Below are positions 1-12,492 of a DNA stretch of 64,000 nucleotides, piece by piece. The stretch spans positions 50,034,001 to 50,098,000 of the forward strand of contig OX597827.1 of NCBI GenBank assembly GCA_951406725.2. Reading direction: 5' to 3'. The translations under genes were made by a program, and so were the position numbers. Origin of the DNA: Octopus vulgaris (Eukaryota). The notes below the pieces were generated by a model. The model was not told the origin of the DNA and made no database searches. It was given only the letters and a program-made list of their open reading frames with translations. Within the stretch, counting starts at the first letter, position 1. Each line of letters starts with the position of its first letter.

Positions 1-1562
1 AGCTGAGAAGAGCTCAGTGTGGTTATGGGTGAAAAGGAATGGAATACAGCAAGCTGCTAACTGTAGGCGGAAAGAAAGTGCAAGTCTGTGTGGTGTTCTT
101 TGCCGCTTAGCAATAAGCTCACTCAACGGTTCCGAGTTTAATCCCCATTAAAGGTGCATTTCAAAACAGTAGGACATTGAGGAGTCATGACAGGAATGAA
201 TGGGCCAACGGAGTTCTTTCTCTGAAGATTTCTCCTGTTAGCCCCATAAGTTTCCATTTACTAAACTCATAAACTTCTTTTCCCTATGTCACATCAAAAT
301 CCATAAATGAATACTGTGGAAGATTTTAACTTCTTTTGTAGCCAATTACATGCAAAGACATTTTGGTTGTTGTTCTTTAACACACTTCAGTCTTGGTTGC
401 ATAGACTAATGACCAAAGACATTCTAGCCTTAACTATTGTGCTTTTTCAAGGTTATTTAGGACTGTATCATCAAATGCCTTCTTTCTTTTTGAAGACAGT
501 AGAAGTATTGTTTAAAGGAATTTAGCTGCTATTTTAAGCAGATTAAGTAACCATGAAGAGGCTGGCTCCCTCGTGTCTGTACTTGTGAGAAGAGAAACGG
601 CATAAGCCATCTCAGCATTGAGAAATAGAAAATATCCATATTTTTACAATTTGGACCATGGTGCCCTATATTCTTGCTGTCACAAACCATAATTCAGATT
701 GCTATCTTTCTTCATAAAAACATACAAATCAATACACAGGTTTTTATTTTTAGACTTTAATTTTATGCCAGATTGGTTGATGAATACTTTCCTGTCGTTA
801 TATAGTGCTTTGTCTACTCCTTTTCTGCAGTCAAAAAGGTAGCATACTGGACTAAAAACTTTACAGAAAATAATTTCATCATTGGGGGTAATCTTCTATC
901 TGGGCAGCTCCTGTCAACTGTCCTACCCATGCATGCATGGAAGACTGACATTAAAAGGAGATGACGATGATGATGATGATGATGATGCTGATGATGATAT
1001 GCTATAAGTTCAAGTGCTGCCAAAACTGATTTTATCTTTCATTCTTAAGAAATGATGAAATAAGTGCTAAGCATGAAATGAGATCATGAAAATCAATTAC
1101 ACTCCTTCCTATACTCTTTCACTTGTGCCAATGTATTAAAACTGATAAAAATAAGTGAAACCTTGATGCCAAATTCAGAACTTGGCACAAGGATAATTTT
1201 AAAATGTATACACAGAAAATGAGACAGTAACGCAAGAATAGTTAAGTGAAGGCACTTGCTTTGTAAAACTGCAAGCAATGTTCATCATCATACAGCTGAC
1301 TTGCACAGAATCAATATTCAGGTGGTTTTTTTACCAAAACTATCGTAAGGATAAATTTATATCTAAAAATGACCTGTCTAAGTGTGTGTAAAGAGAGATA
1401 AAGAAAAGATGCTGGACATTTTGTATTCTGGTAAATGGTGAAATATAACTTGAAGTTGGTGGTAGTGCTTTTGAACAATGATTGCCATCACTAACAGCAC
1501 CAACATGCCATTGAAAACATCTGTTTCACAGAAGAGTGAAAGTCAAAATGCACCCAATATTT

Positions 1563-1602
1563 TCAAGGTTGTGTGATAGTCACGTATTCATTATCCCGAT
1601 TC
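1563..1602 (-). CDS. Host gene, probable last coding exon (KNRDNEYVTITQP*), 3'UTR extending toward lower coordinates
   Basis: Strong acceptor tttttcttttgctttcAG| at 1603; the phase-2 join gives 12 codons then TGA at 1563-1565. Confidence 0.55.
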
Positions 1603-1721
1603 CTGAAAGCAAAAGAAAAAAATATTTTAATATGCAGTAAGTTGAAAAAAGTATAAGAAAAAGACAATTTTGCTGTTATTTTAAAAGTTTATCACCATTT
1701 TTATTTTTAGAAAATTGAAGC

Positions 1722-2053
1722 TGAGCGTGATCATTACCAACGTCGCTTCATGCACCATTTGTGCATGATCGTTACCAACGTTGCTTCACTGGCACCTGTG
1801 CTGGTGGCACGTATAAAAAGATTCGAGAGAGGTCATTGCCAGTACTGCCTGACTGGACCCCGGGCCGGTGGCACATAAAAGGCACCCACTACACTCTTGG
1901 AGTGGTTGGCATTAGGAAGGGCATCCAGCAGAAGAAACTCTGCCAGATCAAGATTGGAGACTGGTGCAGCCATCTGGTTTGCCAGCCCTCAGTCAAAATC
2001 GTCCAACCCATGCTAGCATGGAAAGCGGACATTAAACGATGATGATGATGATG
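1722..2053 (+). mobile_element. 5'-truncated RTE 3'UTR/tail copy
   Basis: ggttggcattaggaagggcatccagc...ccatgctagcatggaaagcggac..(gat)n, the same tail as downstream of the RT ORF at 30517-31111. Confidence 0.8.
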
Positions 2054-2124
2054 ATATACATACAAGATATTATTTAACTATCCTTGTTTTAGTTTCCTAA
2101 TTTTATCAGTGAAACTATTATTTA

Positions 2125-3955
2125 CTAGTGTATCCATGCCATCAGAAATGATGGCATGAAAATGATATGGAAAATAAAATTAAAATAAAAACATTACAAT
2201 CTTTATCCCAGTAACTGCTTCAACACCATGTTTCTAGTGAAAACCCTACAAGCAATGAGTTCGCATTGTTTTTGATGGTCCTTTACCAACATTTTAATGT
2301 TATTATAACTTCTACTTCTATTCAATGCAACATAAAGTTGTCCATGGCTGAATACTGGTGATGGTAGGATGATACCAACATTATTGAAGTTCTGCCCTTG
2401 TGATTTGTTTATAGTCATTGCAAATGCTGGGATAACAGGAAGCTGTTGTCTACTCATACTAAAGGGAAGGATTGTCTCACTGTCATTGTCTGCGCTTCCA
2501 TACAGTAGCCTGCTTATCGAATACATAACTGTACAGAATATCCGAAAAATGCAAGTTCCATGCATTTTCATTTGTTTAATTCAGAAGATACCAAGCTGTT
2601 AGTGGTGTGTTCTTCTATGTTGCTCTCTCAAGTGCCTGTTTCTCTTGACCCTCCTCAAATTATTTAAGTTGCTCTTTTGGCTGATGGACAGGCAGACAAA
2701 TAACTGAATGAGATCTGTCATGCATTTTATTCTCAAGCAGGTGCCACATAATTTCAGGAGCACTCACATACCTACCATCTACATAGTTGCATACTTCATC
2801 ATGCTCAATATTTCAACATAAATGTGAGCAATGAATTTATGGCAGAGATATTTATTGTAGGGCACCACATATCAGTTGTCTATTGCATGGTTGTGAACTC
2901 AAACTAATGCCCCTCAACATCGTCTGTACAATGGATAACCATTTGGGTTTATCCATGTCTCTTGTTGATACTCCTTTGGAAATTCTTTAATTTCTTGTTA
3001 TTTTCTATGCAGGGAGCAATAGGGTTGAGATCATAGGGCCCATGGATCATGCACCTTTTCACTGTTTCATGAAGTAATGGTTCAGTGACAGGATCCGGAA
3101 TCTTGTCACAGACAATTTGATCAATTTTTTTTAAGATCATCCAATTTATCATCAGGGTGCAAAATGATCAACAGATGGGCATGTGGTAAGCCCTTCATTT
3201 GAAATTCAATGGTGTAGCAGTAAGCAATGACTCGTCCAAATATATGTTTCTTAGTGATGTCATTCAAGAGTTCATGCAGCTTTATACTGAATATATGGGC
3301 CACCAAGTCCGGTCTGTGTGATGAAGTTTGGCTGGGAAGTAAATTCTCTAATTTCTTGCCAATTAGGATTGCATGTTATTGTGAGGAAGATATCAGGAGG
3401 ACCATATATGCGCACAATTGCCATGGCGTCTTGATAGCGCTCATGCATATTCCTAGGAGAACCTTGAAATGATGAAGGTAAGATAACTGTGTATCCTACT
3501 AGAGCATTTGCAGCATTCCGTAAATGATCAGCAAGACCATGGTACTGTTCAACATTCAACCTGTGTTGATGGTTCTTCACAAAATTTATATTGTTACTTT
3601 AGACTTGCAGGTAAGAGTCTATTGCCCATTGCTGGAAGAGCTTCATGGATAACTGGGTTGAACTAACCATCTCTAACTGCTGCAAGAGATACTTTATGTT
3701 GAAGCATTGTAACATCTTGCCTTGAGTTTGCTCTATTTTATTATCAATAATATGTGGTTGCCAGCCTGGCTCTCTTTATGGAAAGAACAATACATACGTT
3801 ATTGGGTTGAGGTTGGGGCTAAGAATGTTCAGACTGATCACAGGGACTTCACTGTTTCTTGGATAAATCTTGAAATCTCTGTTGAATGGTGACTTGCCGT
3901 CAGTATTGCTGAAGACCATAGCTATTTCATTAACTGTTGGTCAATTATATTCCCG
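2125..3955 (-). mobile_element. Degenerate, internally deleted Helitron (Rep HUH domain plus PIF1 helicase C-terminus) with intact 3' end
   Basis: Fragments ILPSSFQGSPRNMHERYQDAMAIVR, YTIEFQMKGLPHAHLL, CMIHGP and RQQLPVIPAFAMTINKSQGQ..PVFSHGQLYVAL. Hairpin catgccatca-gaaa-tgatggcatg (2135-2158), then CTAG (2125-2128) followed by T. Confidence 0.92.
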
Positions 3956-4319
3956 CTCATAATAAATAGATTCAGCTCAGAACACATCTGTAACAAAATT
4001 AAGCCATTGCTGTTACGATTTCCCACTCCGTGTCTTCCAATCACACCCCATGTCTCATGATCTTTACCAACTCTAGCATTAAAATCGCCTAATATGATAA
4101 TTTTATCCTTGTGTGGAATTTTGTCGATATTTTTTCATAGATGCATACTCACATATACACACACACAAATACATATTCACAAACATATATCTATACACAC
4201 ACACACACACACACAATTGATAATGCAATATGCAAACTACTATATACTTAAATGTATATTTATATACACAAGTCAACATGTGCACACACACACAAATATA
4301 TACATGCATACACACACAC

Positions 4320-4512
4320 ATGGGTGCTGGTACCATGTAAAAAGCATCCAGTACACTCTGTAAAATAGTTAGCATTAGGAATGGCATGGCATCCAGCTGT
4401 AGAAACCACGCCAAAACAGACAATTAGAGCCCTGTACAGCTCTCTGGCTCGCCAGTTCCTGTCAAACTGTCCAACCCATGCCAGCATGGAAAACAGGTGA
4501 TGATGACGATGA
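4320..4512 (+). mobile_element. Diverged RTE tail copy
   Basis: ggcatccagctgtagaaac...ccaacccatgccagcatggaaaa..gatgatgacgatg. Confidence 0.7.
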
Positions 4513-4964
4513 CACCTATACATAAACACACATAGCTTAACTGGCATTTTGTAGGTTATGACAATGAATGTTCCAGTTGATCTGATCGACAGAACAAGCT
4601 GGTCGTGAAATTGATGTGCAAGTGGATGAGCATCAGCCGGACATGTGTTCCCTTAATGTAGTTCCCAGGGAGATTCAGTATGACACGATGTGAAAAGGCT
4701 GGCCCTTCAAAATACAGGTACTACTAATTTTTGCCAGTTGAGTGAAATGGAACAATGTGAAATAAAGTGTCTTACTCAAAGACACAATGTGCCACCAGGA
4801 AATGAACTCATGACCTTTGGATCATGAGCTGAATACCATATCCATTAAGCCATAATTCATCATCATCGTTTAATGTCCGCTTTCCATGCTAGCATGGGTG
4901 AACAAACACATAGATATATACATACACCCACATAAATATACATACATACATTTATATGTATTCT

Positions 4965-5381
4965 CTTTTTCTCTTTTTACTTGTTTCAGTCATTTTGACT
5001 GCAGCCATTTTGACTGCAGCCATGCTGGAGCACCACCTTTAATCGAGCAATTCGACCCCGGGACTTATTCTTAGTAAGCCCAGTACTTATTCTATCGGTC
5101 CCTTTTGCCGAACCGCTAAGTTACGAGGACATAACCACACCAGCATCGGTTGTCAAGCAATGTTAGGGGGACAAACACAGACACACAAACATACACGCAC
5201 ATACATATATATATACATGTATACAACGGGCTTCTTTCAGTTTCCGTCTACCAAATCCACTCACAAGGCTTTGGTCGGCCCGAGGCTATAGTAGAAGACA
5301 CTTGCCCAAGGTGCCACGCAGTGGGACTGAAGCCGGAACCATGTGGTTGGTAAACAAGCTACTTACCACACAGCCACTCCT
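4965..5381 (-). mobile_element. tRNA-derived SINE, family A
   Basis: Minus-strand head with A-box TGGCTGTGTGG and B-box-like GGCTTCAGTCCC, CCTTGGGCAAG core, central (TA/CA) linker, tail GGTGCTCCAGCATGGC..GACTGAAACAAGTAAAA. Confidence 0.85.
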
Positions 5382-5583
5382 GGGATTACCCTAGTTTCCA
5401 CATTCTTAAAGTGCTTACACACATCCATGTACCCATGCAACTATACTCACACATAAATATACATAGAAAAAAAATTTACCATTCATTTAGTTGTATGCAT
5501 ATACACATACACAAGTGTGAGTGCATGTATGTATAAACATAATGTACCAGGTGTGTGTTATTTATTCATATTGTACTTATATC

Positions 5584-6117
5584 TCTTCTTATAGGATGTG
5601 AATGTTCTGGATAGTTTGTGTAAACAATTTGTGACTGTTTCTTTTTTGTTATTATGGGTTTTTTTAAAAAATTTTAGATCATTAAAATATTCAGAAAGCA
5701 ATATCGCATGAGTGCCTCTTGAGTCAGAGATAGAATTTTTATGTGAACTGATTTTCTTTTTTATTCAATTCACACATGGATGCACATGTCAATTGAATAG
5801 ATATGTGCATTTTGACTGCGGCCATGCTGGAGCACCACCTTTAATCGAGCAACTCGACCCCGGGACTTATTCTTAGTAAGCCCAGTACTTATTCTATCGG
5901 TCTCTTCTTATAGGATGTGAATGTTCTGGATAGTTTGTGTAAACAATTTGTTTTTGTTTCTTTTTTGTTATTATTATTTTTAAATTTTAGATCATAAAAA
6001 TATTCAGAAAGCAATATCACATGAGTGCCTCTTGAGTCAGAGATAGAATTTTTATGTGAACGGATTTTTTTTTTATTCACGTCACACATAGATGCACATG
6101 TCAATTGAATAGATATG
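5584..6117. repeat. ~220 bp direct duplication flanking a SINE-A 3' fragment (about 5806-5903)
   Basis: tcttcttataggatgtgaatg...gtcaattgaatagatatg occurs at about 5584-5805 and 5903-6117. Confidence 0.85.
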
Positions 6118-6539
6118 ATTGTGAAACAGAGATGTCATAAGTGTGTGTAGGCACTAGGAATTGTAGGTGCGTTTATGTTTTCTCATGACTGTATATGTTC
6201 ATATGGGTAGCATGTGGAACTTTAATTGAAGTGTGTGTGTGTGGGTGTGTTAGTATGCATGATGTAGATAAGTGTGTCCATGTGTTAGCAGAGTGTATGT
6301 GTACACTGCTTAATGTGCTGGTGCGTACTCTGATGTGTATAAATATATATATATGCACGTATATATGTTCTTGACATCATAAAAATTTTATGAACTTTTG
6401 AGTGAATGTGACATAATTCTTATTTAGAATAATATATTTCAAAGCACACACATAAAGCTATAAATAATAGCATGTGAATAATGGGTTGAAAAACCCTTTT
6501 GAATAGAAAAAGGTGGACAGCTGCACACATGCTAATATT

Positions 6540-7312
6540 CTTTTATTCTTTTACTTGTTTCAGTCATCTGACTGTGGCCATGCTGGAGCACTGCCTTAAG
6601 AGGTTTTAGTTGAAGAAATCGACCTCAAGACTAACCTTTTTTAAAACCTAGAACTTATTCTATCAGTCTCTTTTGCTGCACAGCTAAGTTACGGGGGATG
6701 TAAATACACCAATGCTGGTTGTTAAGTGGTGATGGGGAAACAAACACAGAAACAAAGACACACACACACACATACATATATATCTCTATATATATAAATG
6801 GCAAAATGTCTGTGTGTGTGTGTGTGTATCCTTTATACAAATCCACAAATTTTCAGTTAGAGGGCTCGCACTTTCTATGGTCATTCAAAACTGTCCAAGG
6901 GTGGTCATGCACATCTTTACATTTCCCCAGTCACCCCACAAATCCATTAAAAAATCAATAGAAGTGACTTTTTTGTGAATTTTCTATCCAAAACCCAATC
7001 AAAATGCCTGAAACTTGATACGCCAATTGAATGCCAGCTAGCTGTATGTGATTGGTCGGAGATTTGGACAGTACTCGCGTGTATGTGCGCACACATGCAG
7101 CTGTATATGCATGCACTAGCACTATGACCTGGCTTTGCCGGGTCATAGTGCTAGTTGTATATACACCTGATGGACTTCTTTCAGTTTCAGTCTACTAAAT
7201 CCACTCACAAGGATTTGGTTGGCCCAGGGATATAAAAGAATACACTAGCCCAAAGTGCCATGCAGTGGGATTGAACCTGGAACAAGCTTCTTACCACACA
7301 ACAATGCCTGTG
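6540..7312 (-). mobile_element. SINE family A, interrupted by a non-autonomous Helitron
   Basis: Tail half 6540-6780 and head half 7160-7312. Confidence 0.75.
6783..7154 (+). mobile_element. Non-autonomous Helitron
   Basis: a|TCTCTATATATATAAA 5' end, terminal GC-rich hairpin, CTAG|t 3' end; A/T insertion site with no TSD. Confidence 0.7.
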
Positions 7313-7339
7313 CCTATACATATAAACATATGTACATGC

Positions 7340-7691
7340 ATGATCGTTGCCAGAGTGGCTATCTGGCCTCCGTGCCGGTGGCACGTAAAAGACACCATTC
7401 GAGCGTGATTGTTACCAACATCGCCTTACTGGCACCTGTGCCAGTGGCATGTGTAAAAGATTCGAGCGAGGTCGTTGCCAGTACCGCCTGACTGGCCCCT
7501 TGCTGGTGGCATGTAAAAGCACCCAATACACTCTCGGAGTGGTTGGCGTGAGGAAGGGCATCCAGCTGTAGAAACTCTGTCAGATCAAGACTGAAGCCTG
7601 GTGCAGCCATCTGGTTCGCCAGCCCTCAGTCGTTCGTCCAACCCATGCTAGCATGGAAAGCAGACGTTAAACGATGATGATGATGATGATG
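7340..7691 (+). mobile_element. RTE tail copy
   Basis: gtggcacgtaaaa modules plus the conserved tail ending in (gat)n. Confidence 0.8.
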
Positions 7692-7717
7692 CATATATAC
7701 ACATGCTCACCACACAT

Positions 7718-8058
7718 AAGTTAAGTTAGGTTATTTTTTGGCTCAAAAAGCAAAAAGCAAGGCCATGTAGGAGGACATAGAGTTATGTACAGGGTGGTGT
7801 TCATGCAAAGAGTTCAGGCCATTTGTGGTCAAGAGAGACTTTGAACCGAGCGGTTGTCGGCGTCTTCACTATCTAGTCCGGCAGCTTATTCCACAGATCC
7901 GCAACCCGGACAGAGAAAGCCCCTCTCCTTCGATTGAGATGAAATCGTCGCAGATAGAGCTTTTCGGAGTGACCCCGCAGCCGACGTTCTGGAGCAGGAG
8001 TGAAGAACAGCTCTTTCGAGAGGTTATGATGACCATAAACATTTTAATGTCTACATTT
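7718..8058 (-). mobile_element. CR1/L2-like LINE 3' fragment
   Basis: Minus strand reads RLRGHSEKLYLRRFHLNRRRGAFSVRVADLWNKLPD..KTPTTARFKVSLD, a typical CR1-group ORF2 C-terminus. Confidence 0.75.
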
Positions 8059-8631
8059 CCATGATTGCAAGGGTCATCTGGAAATCGTTTGAGCAGATTT
8101 TCTATGAAGCCTTACCTATTTCCATGTTATTATTAGACAAGTTTTCATGGAAAAATGGGAATGAGCAACACTGCTTTGAAGATAGTGAATCTCATTTACA
8201 AATATCACAGTCAAAACAGTGAGAGAAACACACACATATATGACAGGCTTTCAGGTATTGTCCACCAAATCCCCTTATAAGGCTTTCATTAACCTGGGCT
8301 TTAGTAGAAAACACTTGTCAAAGGTGCCACATAGTACAACTGAAGCCAAAACGATGTGGTTGAGAAGCAAAATTCTCAATCATACAACCTTGGCTGCATC
8401 TACCATTATGTCTCCCTCTGTGTGTATGTGTGTGCGTGTATGCATGCGTGCATGCATGTAACTGCATATATGTAATCAGTTACTGCAATACTATGTTCCT
8501 GTCACTGCTGATGATCTGTTGGATATTTTAATGAAGAAAATTAAAAGAGTAATTATTTTTTTTATACTCTAATAAAGTAGGATCATTTTCCATTTATCAT
8601 TATCATTTCCACTAACCAATACTCTATATGA

Positions 8632-8910
8632 TATTATGTTGTGTTTGGGGAAAGTCATTTTTTTTTTGTGCCTTATTATTTAACACACTCACCGGTAAAA
8701 TTTCCACTTTTTTCCTTATTTTCATTGTCCTAAAATTTTCATTGCATCTGGCAAACTTTTCAATAGTTTTGACTCTCAAAAATATAGAAAGGTTTGCAAG
8801 ACGCAATGAAAATTTTAGGACAATAAAAATAAGGAAAAAAGTGGAAATTTTACCGGTGAGTGTGTTGAATAATAAAAAGAAAATGACTCTCCCCAGACAC
8901 AACAGAATAT
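8632..8910. repeat. ~280 bp foldback palindrome (MITE-like)
   Basis: Arms such as aacacactcaccggtaaaatttccacttttttccttatttt and its reverse complement; the ORF track shows near-identical translations on both strands. Confidence 0.9.
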
Positions 8911-9068
8911 GCTTCAACACACAAACTCATATAAAGAATTTTGCAAACCAAATCCAAAAACGAAATATATGATATTACTTATTTCAAGTATTACGTTAGA
9001 TGTATTATTTTCTGAATTAACTAAGACTATTAAAGCAAATCACAAACCAAGTGCATTGTTTAACTTAC

Positions 9069-9183
9069 TTCACCTTCATCAAGTACATTGCAGGTGATGT
9101 GGGAGTAGTTGGTAAACTATCATTTGTTTCATACTTCTCAATCAATTCTTTCAGATCTTCCAAAAGTTTAAATCCATCAGTTG
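9069..9183 (-). CDS. Host gene, coding exon 4 (ATDGFKLLEDLKELIEKYETNDSLPTTPTSPAMYLMKV)
   Basis: Acceptor tcttttcccctatctAG| at 9184, and phase 1 matches; donor AA|GTAAGT at 9068 (phase 2). Confidence 0.8.
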
Positions 9184-9756
9184 CTAGATAGGGGAAAAGA
9201 AATATCATTTTGTTACTATTTTTTTGTTTCAATCTTATGAGAAGATTTAGAGTGATGTTGAATAAGATTTGATACCTCACTGTAAATATTTTATTAATTA
9301 TTTTATTTTCCTAAATGAAATTATTTTATTCTTAAAATTATTTTCCTAAGAGAGGAAAATGAAGCTTGCATAATAAAAATTAAAGAAAGATCTGTACATT
9401 AGATATCAGCTAAAGTTAAAGATACAATATAGCAATGATTTGATTAGGCAATTAGTAAATATAGAAAATTCAGAAGCAGAATAAGTTATTTTGCTGTGAG
9501 GAAGAAAAGTGACTGAGATTTTGGGCAGGCCTCACTCAGCAGAGAAGTTACAATGAAAGGCCCTGATATATCTTTCTTCTTTCAATAAAATAACTTATTC
9601 CACTTTGTGAACTAAAAATAATACAAATAATGGGTATTTATCAGAATAAAACTAATGTAGCTAAACAAGAATTCCCTCAATAAATGAGAAATATTTAAGA
9701 ATATTAAGAATATATTTAACAAAATATAAGAATGTAAAAAGCGTCTTTCTTTTTAC

Positions 9757-9973
9757 CATGTCGTAACTGTAGGATCTCTAATTTTAAAGATGTATTCTCT
9801 TGGCGTAACTTCTTGAGTTCTGCTTGGCAGCTGCCATCACAAGTCGATTGATAGCTGCTATTATTGGTATTCTGAACTTCAGTTTTGCAGTTTGGTATGT
9901 TATCACCATTGCCAACACTATTAACAACACTATCAACGTCATGATTCAATATACCTTGAGTTACAGGTTTACA
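9757..9973 (-). CDS. Host gene, coding exon 3 (CKPVTQGILNHD...CQAELKKLRQENTSLKLEILQLRH), coiled-coil segment
   Basis: Acceptor ctcatttcAG| at 9974, donor CATG|GTAAAA at 9756. Phase 0 in, phase 1 out; heptad leucine pattern. Confidence 0.8.
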
Positions 9974-11461
9974 CTGAAATGAGTTTTCATAGCAAGAAAA
10001 AATATATATTGTAAAAATAAATAATAGAATATTGTCCCAGTTTTAGAAATTCAAGATTGATTACCATATGCTTTTTATCAGCATTAGTGCACATCGGTTA
10101 TTTTGAACACAATGCATTTGCTCATTCTTATCTTGGAAGCTGAAAGGGATTATGATCTTTTGAGCACTCAAGTGAATAATCTATACCTTCTTAAAAACAA
10201 GATATGTAAAATAAAATACTAAAATTACCCTATTATTTTAAACAGGAACATCATCTTTTAACTTAAAAATGCAAATATGACAGAGAATGGAAGGTTTTTT
10301 TTCTATAAAATTGCAAATAGCAACTGTTTTCTAACTTGTATATAAATAGATTCTTTATAAAAATGATTTATTTACTAGCTATATACTGTGGTTTTTATGG
10401 CATGGTAAACTGAAGGAATGAATCCTTGCATGATGTACATTAGTTGGGATGAAATCCTCCTAACCAAAGTAGTCTAGATGAGTCAGTTACATAGTAGGCA
10501 AAAAGAGAAAAAAATTGAGAATACTTAAGCAAATTTTGTATTGGAAAATACCAGATCTTTGAGAGGCAGGACCTTATCCTGTTCCATGAAAAACCTGAAA
10601 GAGCACCTAATGCACATTCAGATCAACATGAAGCTTTAGATTCACATCTACAAGTCATGACTTTCGGGAGGGGGGGACATTTCTATTTCAAAAGATTTGC
10701 AAACACCCAATTGAAAGTGTTCAAGGAAAACAGAATAAGTAGTATTGAAGACAAACTAATGGAGAAGAATTTACAGGATTATGTGATAGTTGATAATGAA
10801 ATCCTTCAAGTCAATCTACTCATGGGATTAAGCTCTTGTTGTATCTTGTAAACAAGGTTTCTGCTGCACACTCTTACAAACAGTGGCATTTTGTAAAGGA
10901 AAATTATTATGAGAATTGGTACATCAATGGACCATGTTATCTTTCGATTGGACGCCTGCTTCGAATGCTTAGAATAGAGTGAATTTAGCTAAAATCACCC
11001 AAGAGCAAGGTAGTGGTATTAAATGGGGTGATTCTTGAAAAAAAAGCTATGGTGGTTTATTGTAACAACAGCACTAAAGAAATTATATCATTGAACAAAG
11101 ATCACAATCAGTACTGTTGACTAGAATTCAGGAGTAACTTGGACTTTTAGACGGGTTTTTTTTTCAATGTTGGGGTAGAAGTCATACCCCTCACAAGATG
11201 ATTATAAGTTTAGTAAGAGAAACTTCAATGTTAGTTATTTAAAAATTTATTGACTAAGTGATGATAAACTAAAGGTGATTGTGGTGGTATAGTTGCTGAA
11301 AGAAGAGTTGGTGTCAGTGTTGTGATGAGAGGTCAGCATACTGATTTGTATACTGAATCCATCTAATTAGGAGGGAAGATGAGATGTAAAAATTGACTAT
11401 ATTAAGTTTGGTAAAATAATGAAGGCATTTCCTGATCTGAAAAGAATTTGGGATCTGAAAT

Positions 11462-11720
11462 AGTGCCATGTAAAAAGCATTGGTGCTGGTGCCACATAAA
11501 AAGCACTGGTGATGGTGCTGCATAAAAGACACTGGTGATGGTGCCATGTAAAAAGCATCCAGTACACTCTATAAAGTGGTTGGCATCAGGAAGGGCATCC
11601 AGCTGTAGAAACCAAGCCAAATCAGACTATGAAACCTGGTGTGATCCCTGGCCTGCCAGCTCCTGTCAAGCCATACAACCCATGCCAGCATGGAAAATGG
11701 ATGTTAAATGATGATGATGA
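11462..11720 (+). mobile_element. Diverged RTE tail copy
   Basis: Repeated ggtgccatgtaaaaagca modules and the conserved tail. Confidence 0.7.
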
Positions 11721-11729
11721 TTAACATAT

Positions 11730-12048
11730 TAAATGAATGGACAGCAAGGCTCACCAATGGAGAAGTTCTTAAGCAGATCAGGCCGAAAATATTGCTAGAA
11801 GCTAGGATCACCAAGCATAGATTGGCATATTTCGGTCATATTATGCGGAAAAAATCCCTGGAGAAGGACATCATGGTCAGTGGCAAGAGAGGAAGAGACC
11901 GACCAAGAACCCGCTGGCTTGACACCATCAAGAGGGATACCGGAATGGACATAGCCAATCTGAAAGAAGCGGCCCAGGATAGAACTGACTGGAGGACACT
12001 GATCCGAGTGACCAAGAGTCGACTTCGACTGAGCAGATAAAGAGAGAG
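11730..12048 (+). mobile_element. RTE-clade LINE ORF2 C-terminal fragment
   Basis: WTARLTNGEVLKQI..LAYFGHIMRKKSLEKDIM..GKRGRDRPRTRWLDTIK. Confidence 0.85.
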
Positions 12049-12205
12049 TGAATTATATTCAAAATATTAGCTGTTATCATACCATGGACTTTTAGCTATA
12101 GAATAAAATATATTTACTGATATTCCAGACATAAATATGTCAGGTTCCTGCTCTCGTGGTTTATATTTACTTAAAATAAAAAGCAAAAAGTTCTGGTTAA
12201 CTTAC

Positions 12206-12492
12206 ATCAGGTTTCAAGTATACAGATTCTGGGATAGCATCTGCTTGTGAAGTTATCAAGTCATTTCCAGAACTGTTAACAGAATGAGTAGCATCGAGAC
12301 TAAAAAAATCCAGATTTCTGTTACCCACTTCATCTTTATGGTTGATTGGGTTCTTCCAGGCGACTACTGGTCCATTGTGACTGCCTTGTACTTTTACCCT
12401 CCACGTACCAATGGATGCAGAATACATGGACAGTTTCACTTGAAAAAAACATGAATGTCCACCAGTTACTCTTTCTGATTTTCTGGTACAGC
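12206..12492 (-). CDS. Host gene, coding exon 2 (GCTRKSERVTGGHSCFFQVKLSMYSASIGTWRVKVQGSHN...YLKPD)
   Basis: Acceptor ctatccatttAG| at 12493, donor GAT|GTAAGT at 12205. Phase 1 in, phase 0 out; 287 nt open and in frame with the previous exon. Confidence 0.85.

Noticed and set aside
307-525. 72-aa ORF and other short ORFs in unique AT-rich DNA
   Set aside because: No splice-phase or motif support; probably 3'UTR or intergenic sequence.
8624-8972. Mirror ORFs on both strands
   Set aside because: By-product of the palindrome.
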